Positions 28,901 to 38,327 are shown, numbered from the stretch's first letter. The stretch is DNA of 64,000 bases from an uncultured delta proteobacterium (GCA_963727625.1 CAVSHR010000005.1:1051951-1115950), one strand, 5' to 3'. Notes: generated by a model from the letters alone, not told the origin. A program made the numbers and translations.

Positions 28901-31287
28901 GTAACGGTGGAGGGAAATGTTTGGCTGGATTCAAAGACAGTGGCAGTCGTGCAGCTCCGCGCGTCGGTCACCGACGTGCGATTGCCGTACGCGTCGTAGC
29001 TGTACGTAACCGTCGGGTTGCCTGCGTTTCCGATATTGCCGGCTAAGCGCGATTCTTCTTTTGTGACCAGGCCCCGCGTCCCGAGTGCGCCGTAAGCGGC
29101 GTTGTCGTAGTAAATCCAGCGCTCGCGCACCGTCGCCCCGGTGTTATCGAGGAGCGCCGTTCGCTTGGGGCGGTGAATCCAGTTGGCACTGTCAACGATC
29201 CATTCGGTGACTTCGGTTCTTTCATCGCCCGTGGTGGCCACGTCGCCCAGATCATTTTTCTGGGTCGGGTTGCCGTTAGTGTCGTAGGTGAACGTCTCGG
29301 CATTTTGGTGGCAGGTGGCCTGGCCTTCGCACTCGTAATAGTCCGTCCGTGTCAGCGCCACGAAGGTTACGCCGGTGTAAGGATTCGACGTGGTAAAAGT
29401 GTTGACGACTTTGTTGTAGAGGGCGCCGGCGGCGCTGCGCGTTTCGATCTGGTAGGGGCGGCCCTTCTTGATGTCGTCTTGGTAAAACCATGTATCGGTG
29501 TAGTTGCCGATGGGATCGATGGCGCGGACTTTGGCGTGGCCGCGAAATTCTTTGCGATCGGCGTTAACCGCAGGGTTATAGTAGGTGAAGTTTGTGGTCG
29601 AGCTCCAGCCGAGCCCATCGCTCATCGTGCGGCTAATAACCCGGTGTCGTGTGCGGTCTACTTCTCCCGGGCGGACATAACCATGCAAACTCCCGCCACA
29701 GTTTCCTGGACCGCTGGTGGAAAATCCGACGAAGTCACAGTTGCTGTTAAAATCCTCGTCCCAAACGTCATAGAGCGCTACCGCATCGAGCACGTTTGAA
29801 GTATACGGGTAGCCATGCAGACTCCCGCCACAGTTTCCCGGACCGCTGCTCGACAGTCCGGCGAAGATGCAGTTGCTATTAAAATCCTCGTTCCAAACGT
29901 CATAGAGCGGAAGTGTGCCGGCTGCGCTTGACGTCAGCACAACGCCGTGCGAAGTCCACTGACACTCAGTGTCGGTACGAGTGTCGGTCAAGCCGCTGAA
30001 AACACAGTTGCTGTTAAAGTCTTCGTACCACACGGAATAAAGCGACTTGATCTCCTCGTAGGCGAAACTCACCGATCCGCCGATGCCGTTGGTGGCGCTG
30101 GCTAGCACCGTGCCGACATAAGTAAAGGACCGGGGCGGTAAGGCGGAGGTTCCGTCACTGCCGATCGGCGTGACGCTTGTCAGCGTGAGATCGCCGGCGG
30201 CGCCGCCTTGCCAGGTTTGGTTGGGGTCACGGTCAATCGAGTAGTCGTATCCGAAATTGTACCGACGCACCAAGCTATTGCCGACGCGGACCTCGATGGC
30301 ATCGAGGCGGTAAAGCTGGTGATAAGAGGTGTGCCAGTCCGGACTGGTGTCCTTCCAGTCGGTTCGATTGCCCCGAATAAACGTCACCGTGCGGCTGTTG
30401 CCGACGAGCGAGCCGGCGTAGTAGGCATAAGTGATGGTATCGGGATAGACCGCCTGATCGTAAGCCTTGTTGTTGTAACTTGAGCTTTGCTTGAAGTAGC
30501 TATATCGGACGGAAACGCCGCTGGTTGTCGAAACCTCATCGACGAAATAACGAAAAGTGACCGGCACTTCAGTGTTGAGCGCGAAGGTGAGCCCCGTGGC
30601 GCGGCTGTTGGAAGTATAGCCGAAGCGGTGTGTGGTTCCGTCTTTGGTCCTTACCGTCCAGTAATCGCCGCTTGAAAAATAGTTGATCTTCCAAAACGTT
30701 TCATCCTTGGTCCGATAGCTTCCGCTGCCGATAGACACCAAATCATAGGTATGACCGCCGAAGACGAGCTTGAAGCTGTCGTCCGACGTGCTGGTTGAAC
30801 CTTTGGTATCTCGAACGATGAACCCACCAGTGTCCAGGCTCCAGCCGAGGCCGGTCCAATCGGCTTGATCGCGCTCGCTGTTGTTGCCCATGTCATCAAC
30901 AACGCCGCTGTTGTAATTGAGCAAGATCTTCGGCGCGATGCCGGCCGCTCCTGGCGGAACCAATATTGGAATCTCGGCGCCGGCTGAGCCGGTGAAAAGA
31001 TCGGCCTGGAAGGATTGAATATTAAAACCATCGACTGAGGCGCCGAGACCCGCCGTTGCTGCGCTAGTCGTAACGGTTGCACCTGGCTTGGTCGGTTTCT
31101 TGGTTGTTTGGTTCGCGGCACTCGACGCGGCTGATGTTGTTTGAGTTGAACTTGCGCTGATATGCGACGCCTCTGAAGAAGATTGATCAACAATTGCTAT
31201 CAGGAATATTAGGGCCGCCACTTGAAATAGATGGGAGAGCATAGGTTGTTGCGAGATTGAAAAAGTTCCAAGCCTGTGAGTGATCAT
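25969..31287 (-). CDS. Large Rhs/YD-repeat polymorphic toxin (signal peptide, SpvB/TcB-like N-terminus, Rhs core, colicin-M-like tip)
   Basis: SpvB-like DLFTGSA..IPILVPPG...GLGWSL, TcdB-midN-like RKEFRGHAKV, many YD repeats, core YHNDHLGS/RFTGQKLDPESGLYYYGGRYYD/NNPQNYIDPDG, and a strong SD (GGAGGCGAGGAG). Confidence 0.93.
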   Translation of the reverse strand: MITHRLGTFSISQQPMLSHLFQVAALIFLIAIVDQSSSEASHISASSTQTTSAASSAANQTTKKPTKPGATVTTSAATAGLGASVDGFNIQSFQADLFTGSAGAEIPILVPPGAAGIAPKILLNYNSGVVDDMGNNSERDQADWTGLGWSLDTGGFIVRDTKGSTSTSDDSFKLVFGGHTYDLVSIGSGSYRTKDETFWKINYFSSGDYWTVRTKDGTTHRFGYTSNSRATGLTFALNTEVPVTFRYFVDEVSTTSGVSVRYSYFKQSSSYNNKAYDQAVYPDTITYAYYAGSLVGNSRTVTFIRGNRTDWKDTSPDWHTSYHQLYRLDAIEVRVGNSLVRRYNFGYDYSIDRDPNQTWQGGAAGDLTLTSVTPIGSDGTSALPPRSFTYVGTVLASATNGIGGSVSFAYEEIKSLYSVWYEDFNSNCVFSGLTDTRTDTECQWTSHGVVLTSSAAGTLPLYDVWNEDFNSNCIFAGLSSSGPGNCGGSLHGYPYTSNVLDAVALYDVWDEDFNSNCDFVGFSTSGPGNCGGSLHGYVRPGEVDRTRHRVISRTMSDGLGWSSTTNFTYYNPAVNADRKEFRGHAKVRAIDPIGNYTDTWFYQDDIKKGRPYQIETRSAAGALYNKVVNTFTTSNPYTGVTFVALTRTDYYECEGQATCHQNAETFTYDTNGNPTQKNDLGDVATTGDERTEVTEWIVDSANWIHRPKRTALLDNTGATVRERWIYYDNAAYGALGTRGLVTKEESRLAGNIGNAGNPTVTYSYDAYGNRTSVTDARSCTTATVFESSQTFPSTVTNCLNHQSTMAYDERFGVMTSQTDANNQTTTSTYDVFGRVTKITGPLDGSSTYGTVSTFYLNWGNPSLQRVTAYRTEQHGTGNYISSEAYFDGLGRNYQSAQEGPGGQAIVSETFFDSRGLEWRTSAPRFTTETAVWTEFLYDVLGRQTRVNFPDGTNAQTAYDHHEVIATDPRGKIKRTYTDSHHRVIQVEEVNSGASYFTTYQYDAADSLTKVTNNAGHNTLNAYDYLGRKIAMCDPNMGTASSLTTCSTSTPGAWVYTYNLAGDLLTQKDAKNQTLTFTYDSLGRPLTKKQGSTTLVAWTYDDAAVPYSKGRVTQIVDQATTTKFAYDQLGRTTQTQRQLLGVWHTMAQSYDALGRITSETFPDSETVTYTYNEAGWLSSAPGYINAVTYNARGQKTALTYANSLTTTWTYNAANFRVTNRTTSNNQQNLAYGYDNNGNVTSITDSLFTASRTFGYDDLNRMISGSGTFGTNQSQQNCTYTYNAIGNLTDKCGAVLSYSDANHPSAVTNHSGLSKNYSYDANGNMLARGNQTLTWDIDNRVSSIAIAGGGSTSMEYDYAGVRVKKNAPGGTTIYPFAGYEIDPNGVITKFIRIGIENFASKRGTNKYFYHNDHLGSVNVITDIAGTRVQLNEYDPWGSVSRTEGTIDPTHRFTGQKLDPESGLYYYGGRYYDAETGRFVSADPFVQTPLDPQNLNRYSYVVNNPQNYIDPDGYFHRHKKKGGFFNSIFGKIFRIVFNLAFIAAGLPPGADFGFGLGTAFALGDIGHSLAGIQSDLQNGGLSAAPPDGSLIPGLSHAGGGGFFSPALQLAVEAGCDVCSDARLDLLRLLISGKENGTDLPTTLILPGLFFMRGALPGRPDIARVPFSSLDTGAQPEQFPGFTRSAADLAPGSARQLRLSLQVDTGSLRTGTSTLLLEGTLAKDPSGNLSFEGFVSGRREAFNFDKPGFANAVGRRLPGRDFLIEFVGQRPVRFPR
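26563..27554. repeat. 992-bp direct repeat, copy B (inside the main Rhs gene)
   Basis: Matches 23310-24301. Confidence 0.92.
29675..30045 (-). repeat. Three ~44-aa Cys-containing repeats inside the Rhs N-terminal region
   Basis: LYSVWYEDFNSNCVFSGL..C..SHG / LYDVWNEDFNSNCIFAGLSSSGPGNCGGSLHGY / LYDVWDEDFNSNCDFVGFSTSGPGNCGGSLHGY. Confidence 0.9.
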
Positions 31288-31380
31288 CTCCTCGCCTCCG
31301 CTTTCAAATTTACGTAAGACCGATTTCTGTTCCGGGAAAATCGTAAGGAGGCTTTTACACGGTGGGGTGAGTCTTGTCCA

Positions 31381-31416
31381 ATGCTATTTTTGCATAGACC
31401 TATGCACCTTTTGCAT
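31381..31416. promoter_or_regulatory. Tandem LysR-type operator boxes (ATGC-N7-GCAT twice, 21 bp apart)
   Basis: atgctatttttgcat (31381-31395) and atgcaccttttgcat (31402-31416) both fit a T-N11-A dyad and lie between the divergent rhs and lysR genes. Confidence 0.7.
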
Positions 31417-31750
31417 GAATCGATTCCGGCCCGTTGCCTTTGGCGGGGGAATTAGGCGGAGAGAAGCGGACGAAATAATGAGGCTTGCAGCAAGAAATTT
31501 AAATTGTTGCCCAATCGAAATAACGCAACCTTGGTTGCATCTCGTGTCAACCAGGATTGCGGATATGTAAACCAGAGTTGCTCCAGTTTATCTGCCTTCA
31601 TTTTGCAACTTTCGAAACTTTCACGACTCGGGAGTCGGTTCCTCTCTATTTACGGGTTGGTATGACATTTGCGTTTTTGTGCGGGCAAAGTCCGAGGTTG
31701 TTCAAATAACTTGCAGAAATATTCATAGTCATCGTGAAGGAAATTGTGGC

Positions 31751-32728
31751 ATGACTCTCGATAGAATTCGATTATTCATTTGTGTCGCTAAGAATCGGAG
31801 CATTAGCCAGGCGGCACGCGAGCTTGGCATTAGCCAATGCGCGGCCTCCCGTAAACTGCAACAGCTTGAAGTCAAGGTTTCCTCCAAGCTGTTCGAGAGA
31901 AAAGGAGGCGGCATGGAACTGACCGCTTCGGGTCGGACGTTTCGGCATGAAGTCTCGTCGCTCTGGTCACAGTTTGAAGAGTTGGAGAAAAGATATACTC
32001 CGAGCCGAGATTCTCTCACCATCGCGGCCAGTCATCGTCCCTCGAAATACCTACTGCCGAGGCTAATGATAGAGTTTAGTAAAATGCGTCCTTCGGCGAA
32101 ATTGACTTTACTCACCCGGAGCAGCGTGGAAATTGAGAAACTGCTGTTGGAGTCCAGAGTTGATCTCGCGATCACCAACAATGTTAATATGTCAGGTACG
32201 GCCTTTTTCACCGAGCCCTATTCTAGCGAGCCACTAACCGCATTCGTTGCAACGAGCCATCCATTGGCGAAAATGAAATTTGTGCAAGCGTCGAACGTGG
32301 GCACGGTTCCGCTCATCGTCAAATGTCGACGCGAGGGTGAAAGCAGGGTTGAGGCACAGCTGGGAAAATTTGAGAAAGGAGGAATGAAATTCAAAGTCGT
32401 GATGCGCTGCGAGTCTCCCGACGTGGTCAAGGAATTTGTCAGACACGGGGCGGGTGTAGGGATCCTGTATTATGATTCAATCAAACGGGGAATAGAGCGT
32501 GGGGAATTTAATGCGATCCAATTCCCACGGTTCGATCTCAAGGGGCAAAATTACATTGTTTACTCCAAGGACAGGCCGCTCTCCCCTCTGGCACGGGAGT
32601 TTCTATCGCTGCTGCGCGCTTCGGTGGCGCAGAATGCGCCGATCAAACCGATGGTGCCTCAGATCTCGTACCGACGCGACAACGGTGGGGCACGGGATCA
32701 CATTCTCCGATCCAAACTTCTATACTGA
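31751..32728 (+). CDS. LysR family transcriptional regulator
   Basis: [31 protein letters not shown]...LTASG plus a substrate-binding domain; ATG at 31751. Confidence 0.9.
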   Translation: MTLDRIRLFICVAKNRSISQAARELGISQCAASRKLQQLEVKVSSKLFERKGGGMELTASGRTFRHEVSSLWSQFEELEKRYTPSRDSLTIAASHRPSKYLLPRLMIEFSKMRPSAKLTLLTRSSVEIEKLLLESRVDLAITNNVNMSGTAFFTEPYSSEPLTAFVATSHPLAKMKFVQASNVGTVPLIVKCRREGESRVEAQLGKFEKGGMKFKVVMRCESPDVVKEFVRHGAGVGILYYDSIKRGIERGEFNAIQFPRFDLKGQNYIVYSKDRPLSPLAREFLSLLRASVAQNAPIKPMVPQISYRRDNGGARDHILRSKLLY

Positions 32729-32885
32729 ATCGCTTCGGCGATGTAGGATACTTGAATCTCTTCCGCGCCAGTGAGATCGGCGACGGTACGGCCAACTTTG
32801 AGGACGCGGCCGTAGACTCTGGCGCTTAAGCCCAGCAGACAAGGCACTTCGGTTTGAATATCGATGCGATCGAGCCGGAAACTTT
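32698..32885 (-). pseudogene. comM: Degraded 3' remnant of comM/YifB (Mg-chelatase-like AAA ATPase)
   Basis: [11 protein letters not shown] is joined directly to [45 protein letters not shown], two ComM motifs normally separated by a long segment. Confidence 0.8.
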
Positions 32886-32986
32886 CGACCGGCAACGTTA
32901 AAATTGCAGCGGCGTGCAGCGGCGTTCTTTCTGCGGGTCGTGAGCGCACCGCGGCGGCATCTCGGCGCTTCCGCCGAGTCGCCTTT

Positions 32987-34204
32987 TCATTCGTACCGCA
33001 GCGCTTCGATGGGATCGAGTTGCGCGGCCTTTTTGGCCGGATAAAAACCGAAGAAGACGCCGACGGCGCCGGAAAAGACAAAAGCGATGGCGACGATCGC
33101 CGGGCTGATCAGGGTCGGCCAGTGGGCCCATTCTTTGAGGACTTCGGAGCTGCCGATGCCAAGCATAATACCGATGACTCCGCCCGTAGCGGCCATGACC
33201 ACGGCCTCGACGAGGAACTGCAGCATGATGTCGCGGCTGCGCGCGCCGACGGCCATGCGAATGCCGATCTCGCGCGTGCGCTCGGTGACCGAAACCAACA
33301 TGATGTTCATGATGCCGATGCCGCCGACCAACAGGGAAATCGACGCCACGCTGCCGAGCAAAACGGTCATAACACGCGCCGTGGTCGATGCCGCTTCAGC
33401 GATATCGGACAGGTTGCGCACGGTGAAGTCATCAACGCGGTCCGGCCCGATACGATGGCGCTGGCGCAGCAACAAGACGATCTGTTCCGCCGCTTCCTGG
33501 ACGCGCTCGGCTCTGATCGCCTTAACCATGACGGTCTGCACCCAGGTGATGCGCAAGAGGCGCTTTTGCATGGTCGTGAAGGGCACCATCACGGTATCGT
33601 CTTGATCGGTGCCTTGACCGGTCTGACCTTTGGCCGTGAGCACGCCGACGATACGGAACGGAATATTTCTTATCCGGATCACAGCGTCGATGGGATCGTC
33701 GTTGCCGAAGAGCTGACGCACGACGGTTTCGCCAACCACTGCTACTTTGGCGGCGCTATCGACATCGCCCTGGTGGAAAAAACGCCCCTGCGCGACCTCC
33801 CAGTCGCGAATTTGCTGGATCTCCGGCGCCACTCCCTGTATCAAAGTTCCCCAGTTAAGGTTGCCGGCGATCACCTGCTCCTGGCGGCGCACGATCGGCG
33901 AGGTAAACGCGACCGAAGGCAGCTCGCGCACTATCGCTTTGGCGTCGCCGTCGACCAAGGTCCTCACGGCGCCGCTGCCGAAGCGGACGCCGCCCGTGAC
34001 GTTGCTCCCGGGCAAGATGATCAACACGTTGGTGCCGAGGCTGGCGATCTGCGCGCGAATGGTCGCCTTGGCGCCCTCACCGATCGCCACCATGGCGATC
34101 ACCGCGCCGACGCCGATGATAATTCCGAGCATGGTTAAAAAGGCCCTTAGCTTGTTGCGCGCCAGGGCGCGAAGGGCGATCCGGAAGGTCATCAGCCACT
34201 GCAT
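32987..34204 (-). CDS. MacB-family ABC permease
   Basis: [37 protein letters not shown] and [10 protein letters not shown]. Confidence 0.93.
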   Translation of the reverse strand: MQWLMTFRIALRALARNKLRAFLTMLGIIIGVGAVIAMVAIGEGAKATIRAQIASLGTNVLIILPGSNVTGGVRFGSGAVRTLVDGDAKAIVRELPSVAFTSPIVRRQEQVIAGNLNWGTLIQGVAPEIQQIRDWEVAQGRFFHQGDVDSAAKVAVVGETVVRQLFGNDDPIDAVIRIRNIPFRIVGVLTAKGQTGQGTDQDDTVMVPFTTMQKRLLRITWVQTVMVKAIRAERVQEAAEQIVLLLRQRHRIGPDRVDDFTVRNLSDIAEAASTTARVMTVLLGSVASISLLVGGIGIMNIMLVSVTERTREIGIRMAVGARSRDIMLQFLVEAVVMAATGGVIGIMLGIGSSEVLKEWAHWPTLISPAIVAIAFVFSGAVGVFFGFYPAKKAAQLDPIEALRYE

Positions 34205-34918
34205 TTAATGCCCCGCCGCGATCATCACCGCGCGGTTCGGCCGATCGGAAATCACTAAGCCATCTTTGAAGGCGATTTGTCTCTCGGCATGGTCGGCGAT
34301 ATCCGGTTCATGGGTGACGAGGATGATGGTGATTCCCTGCTCGCGGTTCAGCCGTTGGAAGAGCGCCATGATTTCCCCGCTGGTCGCCGAATCGAGATTG
34401 CCGGTCGGCTCGTCCGCGAGTATCAACGATGGCCGATTGACCAGCGCCCGCGCGATGGCGACCCGCTGCTGCTGCCCGCCGGACAGTCGGTTCGGGGTGT
34501 GATCGAGGCGCTCGCCCAGCCCGACCAAACCCAACACTTCCACCGCGCGGGCTTGCCGCTCCACGCCGTGAAATCCGTTGTACATCATTGGCAGCTCGAC
34601 GTTCTCCAGCGCCGTGGTGCGCGATAGCAAGTTGAATCCCTGAAAGACAAAACCGATACGCTTGTTGCGGATATGGGCCCACTGGTCCGGCGACAGCGAG
34701 CCCACTTCTTCCTGCTCCAGAAAATATTTGCCCATGGTTGGCCGGTCGAGACAACCGAGGATGTTCATGAAGGTCGACTTGCCCGAGCCCGACGAGCCCA
34801 TCACGGCGACGAACTCGCCGCGCTCGATCGTCAGGTTGATGCCGCGCAGCGCCGGCACTTCGACATCGCCCATGCGATAGACCTTGTGCAGCTCCTCGAC
34901 CCGGATCAGCTCGCTCAT
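34205..34918 (-). CDS. MacB/LolD-type ABC ATP-binding protein
   Basis: GSSGSGKS, LSGGQQQR and ADEPTGNLD. Confidence 0.94.
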   Translation of the reverse strand: MSELIRVEELHKVYRMGDVEVPALRGINLTIERGEFVAVMGSSGSGKSTFMNILGCLDRPTMGKYFLEQEEVGSLSPDQWAHIRNKRIGFVFQGFNLLSRTTALENVELPMMYNGFHGVERQARAVEVLGLVGLGERLDHTPNRLSGGQQQRVAIARALVNRPSLILADEPTGNLDSATSGEIMALFQRLNREQGITIILVTHEPDIADHAERQIAFKDGLVISDRPNRAVMIAAGH

Positions 34919-36203
34919 CGGAACCCTAGGCGCGGCCGGGTAGTCTGAAAGGGATTAATCACGGCTTGGCTCCGGCCGGTGGCGCTACCTGACATGCCGA
35001 TGATAACCAAATCTTTTTCGTTGATTGGCCCGCTGATCACCTCGGACTTGGAACCGTCGGTGATGCCGAGCTGCACGTCCACCGCTTGGGCTTGGTTGTC
35101 CTTCAGCACGTAGATCTTGGCCTGGCGCCGCCGCCGCACGCCGCCGCCTCCACCACCCCCGGGCCGGCTCGTCCGCCGTGCGCCGACCCGCGATACGGCG
35201 CGGTTACGCTGCGGCGCAACGCCTCCTGCGCTTCGTTCTTATCTTCCGGCAGTTTGAAGCGCATGGCCATGTTGGGGATGGTCAACACATCCTCCTTTTC
35301 GCTGACCAGAAACTGCACGTTGGCGGTCATGCCGGGCTTGAGCAAGAGTTCCTTATTATCGATCCGCACCACGGCGTCGTAGGTCACCACGTTCTGGACG
35401 ATGTTCGGTGCGTTGCGCACTTGAAAAACCTTGCCGCGAAAGCGCCGCGCTGGAAAGGCATCGACCGTGAAGCTCACCTGCTGGCCGTCCCGAACGTTAC
35501 CGACATCGGCTTCGTCGACGCTGGTGTGCACCTCCATTTTCGCCAGATCATTGGCGATGGTGAATAACGTCGGCGCCTGCAGCGATGCCGCCACGGTCTG
35601 GCCCACGTCGACGTTGCGCGAAATCACGATGCCATCGACCGGCGAGCGGATGACCGTGTTGTTGAGATCCACCGTGGCCTGAGTCAACCCCGCCTGGGCC
35701 TGCACGGTTTGCGCTTGATTGACGTTCAACTGCGCCAGCGCGGCATCGTGGGCGGTCTGCGCCGCGTCCAAATCGCTCTGCGCCATCAACTCTTTTTTGC
35801 GCAACTCCCGGTTGCGCTCCAGCGTGCGCCGGGTATCGGCGACCACGACTTTGGCCTTGGCGTAATTCGCCTGCGCCGCCAAAAGGTTGGCGCGCGCCTG
35901 ATCGACGGCGGCCTTGAACTTGTCTTGATTGAGTTGTGAGATCACCTGGCCGGCCTTTACTTTGGTATTGAAGTCCGCAGACAATTTATCGATGGTCCCC
36001 GACACTTGGCTGCCCACTTGAACCGTGACCACCGCTTGTAGAGTCCCGGTCGAAGAAACCACTTGCCGGACATTGGCTTTGCTTGCCGCCACCGTGAGAT
36101 ATGGCGACTTGTTTGTCGACTCGCTCAAACGCCAATAGGCAAAGCCGGCGCCGCCGACCAACAGCAACAAGACGACGACTAGCGCGAGCTTTTTTAACTT
36201 CAT
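34915..36203 (-). CDS. MacA-like periplasmic adaptor, apparently frameshifted at the C5 run 35156-35160
   Basis: Starts MKLKKLALVV (ATG at 36203) and has VGSQVSG, RSPVDG and LKPGMTA. One extra G joins it to ORF 34915..35139 (PGGGGGGGVRRRRQAKIYVLK...VQLGITDG). Confidence 0.85.
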
Positions 36204-36676
36204 GCCTCCTCGCGCAACAAGCGGAAAACCTTCGCCGCAAAATCGTTGGCATCCCGTTTGGTCAACCGGCGATAGGTCAATCCGGTGGTGATCTCCGCGT
36301 TGGCTTCCTGATCTTCGATGACCTGTTCCAAGGTAACCCGGAAGCGTGATACCGGCGCCGCGCCGGCCATCTCGAACTGCAATTCGCGCACGCTGCCTTT
36401 GAGATAAAAATTGACCGCCTGGTCGGAAATGATGAAAGTTACTTTGCCGGCGTTTCTGAGATGGATCGCCGTCGAGCTGTTCTTCCAAACCGCCATATCA
36501 AGGGTCGAGGAGTTCTTGGCGACGACCTCGTAGTAGGACAGCAACGCCGGGTGGGCCCAGCCGGTTTCATCGATCGTGCAGATCGGAATGATTTTGCCTT
36601 CATGGGAGTCTATTTCCGTGCCTCCCAAACGCCGGAGCAGCGCCGGCGTCAATTCTTTGCCGATCAGTTGCGACAT
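36200..36676 (-). CDS. Pyridoxamine 5'-phosphate oxidase-like FMN-binding split-barrel protein
   Basis: CTIDETGWAH..LLS and SSTA..LR..GKVT pattern. Confidence 0.7.
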   Translation of the reverse strand: MSQLIGKELTPALLRRLGGTEIDSHEGKIIPICTIDETGWAHPALLSYYEVVAKNSSTLDMAVWKNSSTAIHLRNAGKVTFIISDQAVNFYLKGSVRELQFEMAGAAPVSRFRVTLEQVIEDQEANAEITTGLTYRRLTKRDANDFAAKVFRLLREEA

Positions 36677-36721
36677 GTTTGATTTTTAATCCTTCTTGGA
36701 TGATGGATTCGAGTCGCCCGA

Positions 36722-37195
36722 CTATTTCCCCAGAGTCAATTCCTGCCGTTTGCCGAAGCCCTGCTGGTTGTCGATGAAGAAAAGCTTCTCCGGATCGACG
36801 CGGTAGAACTTGACCTTGAGAAAGGCCTTGTAGAAGGCTCCGCTCGCCGGATCGGTGAAAAGCTTGATGACATCGACATACTTGCGCGCGTAAATCGCCA
36901 TGGCTTTGGCCTTCTCCAGGACGCCGTCCACCAGCACGGCTCGGCCTTCGAGCTGAATGCCTTTGATCGCGCGCCAGTCCTTATAATCTTCTTGAATCGT
37001 CACTGCAACCCGGGGGTTGGCCGCCAAATTCTGCCCATGGCGCGAGTCCGGCGAAGAAAAGAAATATAGCTCAAACTCGTCGCTGGCGTAAAAAACCGTC
37101 GCCGCCCAGGGAACATCGCCGGCCGAGGTCGCCAGCGTCATGGTGTTGTGGGAGTGGAGGTAATCGAGGATTTGCTGTTTCAAAGGATCGGCCAT
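36722..37195 (-). CDS. Pyridoxamine 5'-phosphate oxidase-like protein (YhbP-like)
   Basis: MTLAT, PWAATVFY, SRHGQNL..NPRVAVTI and IKGIQLEG. Confidence 0.8.
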   Translation of the reverse strand: MADPLKQQILDYLHSHNTMTLATSAGDVPWAATVFYASDEFELYFFSSPDSRHGQNLAANPRVAVTIQEDYKDWRAIKGIQLEGRAVLVDGVLEKAKAMAIYARKYVDVIKLFTDPASGAFYKAFLKVKFYRVDPEKLFFIDNQQGFGKRQELTLGK

Positions 37196-37253
37196 GGGCG
37201 TTCTACATCAACTCGTCGAGGCCGCTTAAGCAAAATGCCGGCAGGTAAAACTA

Positions 37254-38306
37254 CTAATGCGTCTTACCCACCAGTGGTGCCTGGCGCAACTCCGCCAAAT
37301 TCGCCGCGCCGGCGCAGAGCATGCTCACCTTGAGTACATGAATAACACCGGAAATGTATTCGAGGACCCTTGCCGAAGATTCCAAGGCGGCGGCCAAAAG
37401 CGGCTGTCCGAAGGCGGCGATATCGGCGCCGAGAGCGATTGACTTGGCGATATCCACGCCGGTACGAATGCCACCCGAGGCGACCAGTGGAATTTTGGGC
37501 AAAGCTTTACGCACACCAACCAGCGCCTCCTCGCTTGGAATGCCCCAATCGGCAAACGCGGTGTCCGGCCGTTGCCCTTGTTTTGCCGAGCGCTGGGCCT
37601 CCACCGCCGACCACGAGGTGCCGCCCTTGCCGGCGATGTCGATCGCTTTGACGCCGGCCCGCTGCAAGCGCATGGCGACGTCCACCGAAATACCGTTGCC
37701 GACTTCTTTGGCCATCACCGGAACTTCAAGATCGCGGCACACCGCGGCGATCTTTTCACCGAGGCCCTTGAAATTCCGATTACCTTCGGGCTGGACCGCT
37801 TCTTGAAGGACGTTGAGATGGAGAATCAGCCCGTCGGCGCCGATCATCGCCACCGCGCGGCGGCAATGGTCCACGGTGTAGCCGTAGTTGAGCTGGACCG
37901 CGCCGAGGTTGCCGAACAAGAGGATATCAGGAGCTAGATCCCGGACCTGGAAGGAAGGCGCCGCGGACGGCTCTTCGATGGCGACACGCTGGGACCCCAC
38001 ACCCATGGCGAGGCCCAATGCCTGCGCCGCCGCGGCCAAATTACGATTGACCTTGCGCGCCAGATCGAAGCCACCGGTCATCGAAGAAATCAGGATCGGC
38101 GCCTTGAGCGGCTTGCCGAGAAAAGTCGTGCTTAAATCAATCTCGTCGATGTCGAGCTCGGGCAGGGCGTTGTGGATGAAGCGGTAGCCCTCCAGCCCCG
38201 TGTTGGAAGGGCTGGAAACGCTCGCGGTGTCGAGACAGAGTTCGAGATGCTCCTTCTTGCGCCGTTGGGTTTTCGTGAAGGCGTTTTTGACCCTGCGGTT
38301 CGGCAT
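37254..38306 (-). CDS. fni: Type 2 (FMN-dependent) isopentenyl-diphosphate delta-isomerase
   Basis: RKKEHL, HNALPE, SSMTGG, GVGSQR, HLNVLQE, KEVGNG, GKGGTSW and ASGGIR. Confidence 0.95.
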   Translation of the reverse strand: MPNRRVKNAFTKTQRRKKEHLELCLDTASVSSPSNTGLEGYRFIHNALPELDIDEIDLSTTFLGKPLKAPILISSMTGGFDLARKVNRNLAAAAQALGLAMGVGSQRVAIEEPSAAPSFQVRDLAPDILLFGNLGAVQLNYGYTVDHCRRAVAMIGADGLILHLNVLQEAVQPEGNRNFKGLGEKIAAVCRDLEVPVMAKEVGNGISVDVAMRLQRAGVKAIDIAGKGGTSWSAVEAQRSAKQGQRPDTAFADWGIPSEEALVGVRKALPKIPLVASGGIRTGVDIAKSIALGADIAAFGQPLLAAALESSARVLEYISGVIHVLKVSMLCAGAANLAELRQAPLVGKTH

Positions 38307-38327
38307 AATGACGACAGGCCGGATCGA

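Noticed and set aside
32864-34138. 424-aa plus-strand ORF
   Set aside because: Antisense shadow of the MacB permease gene.
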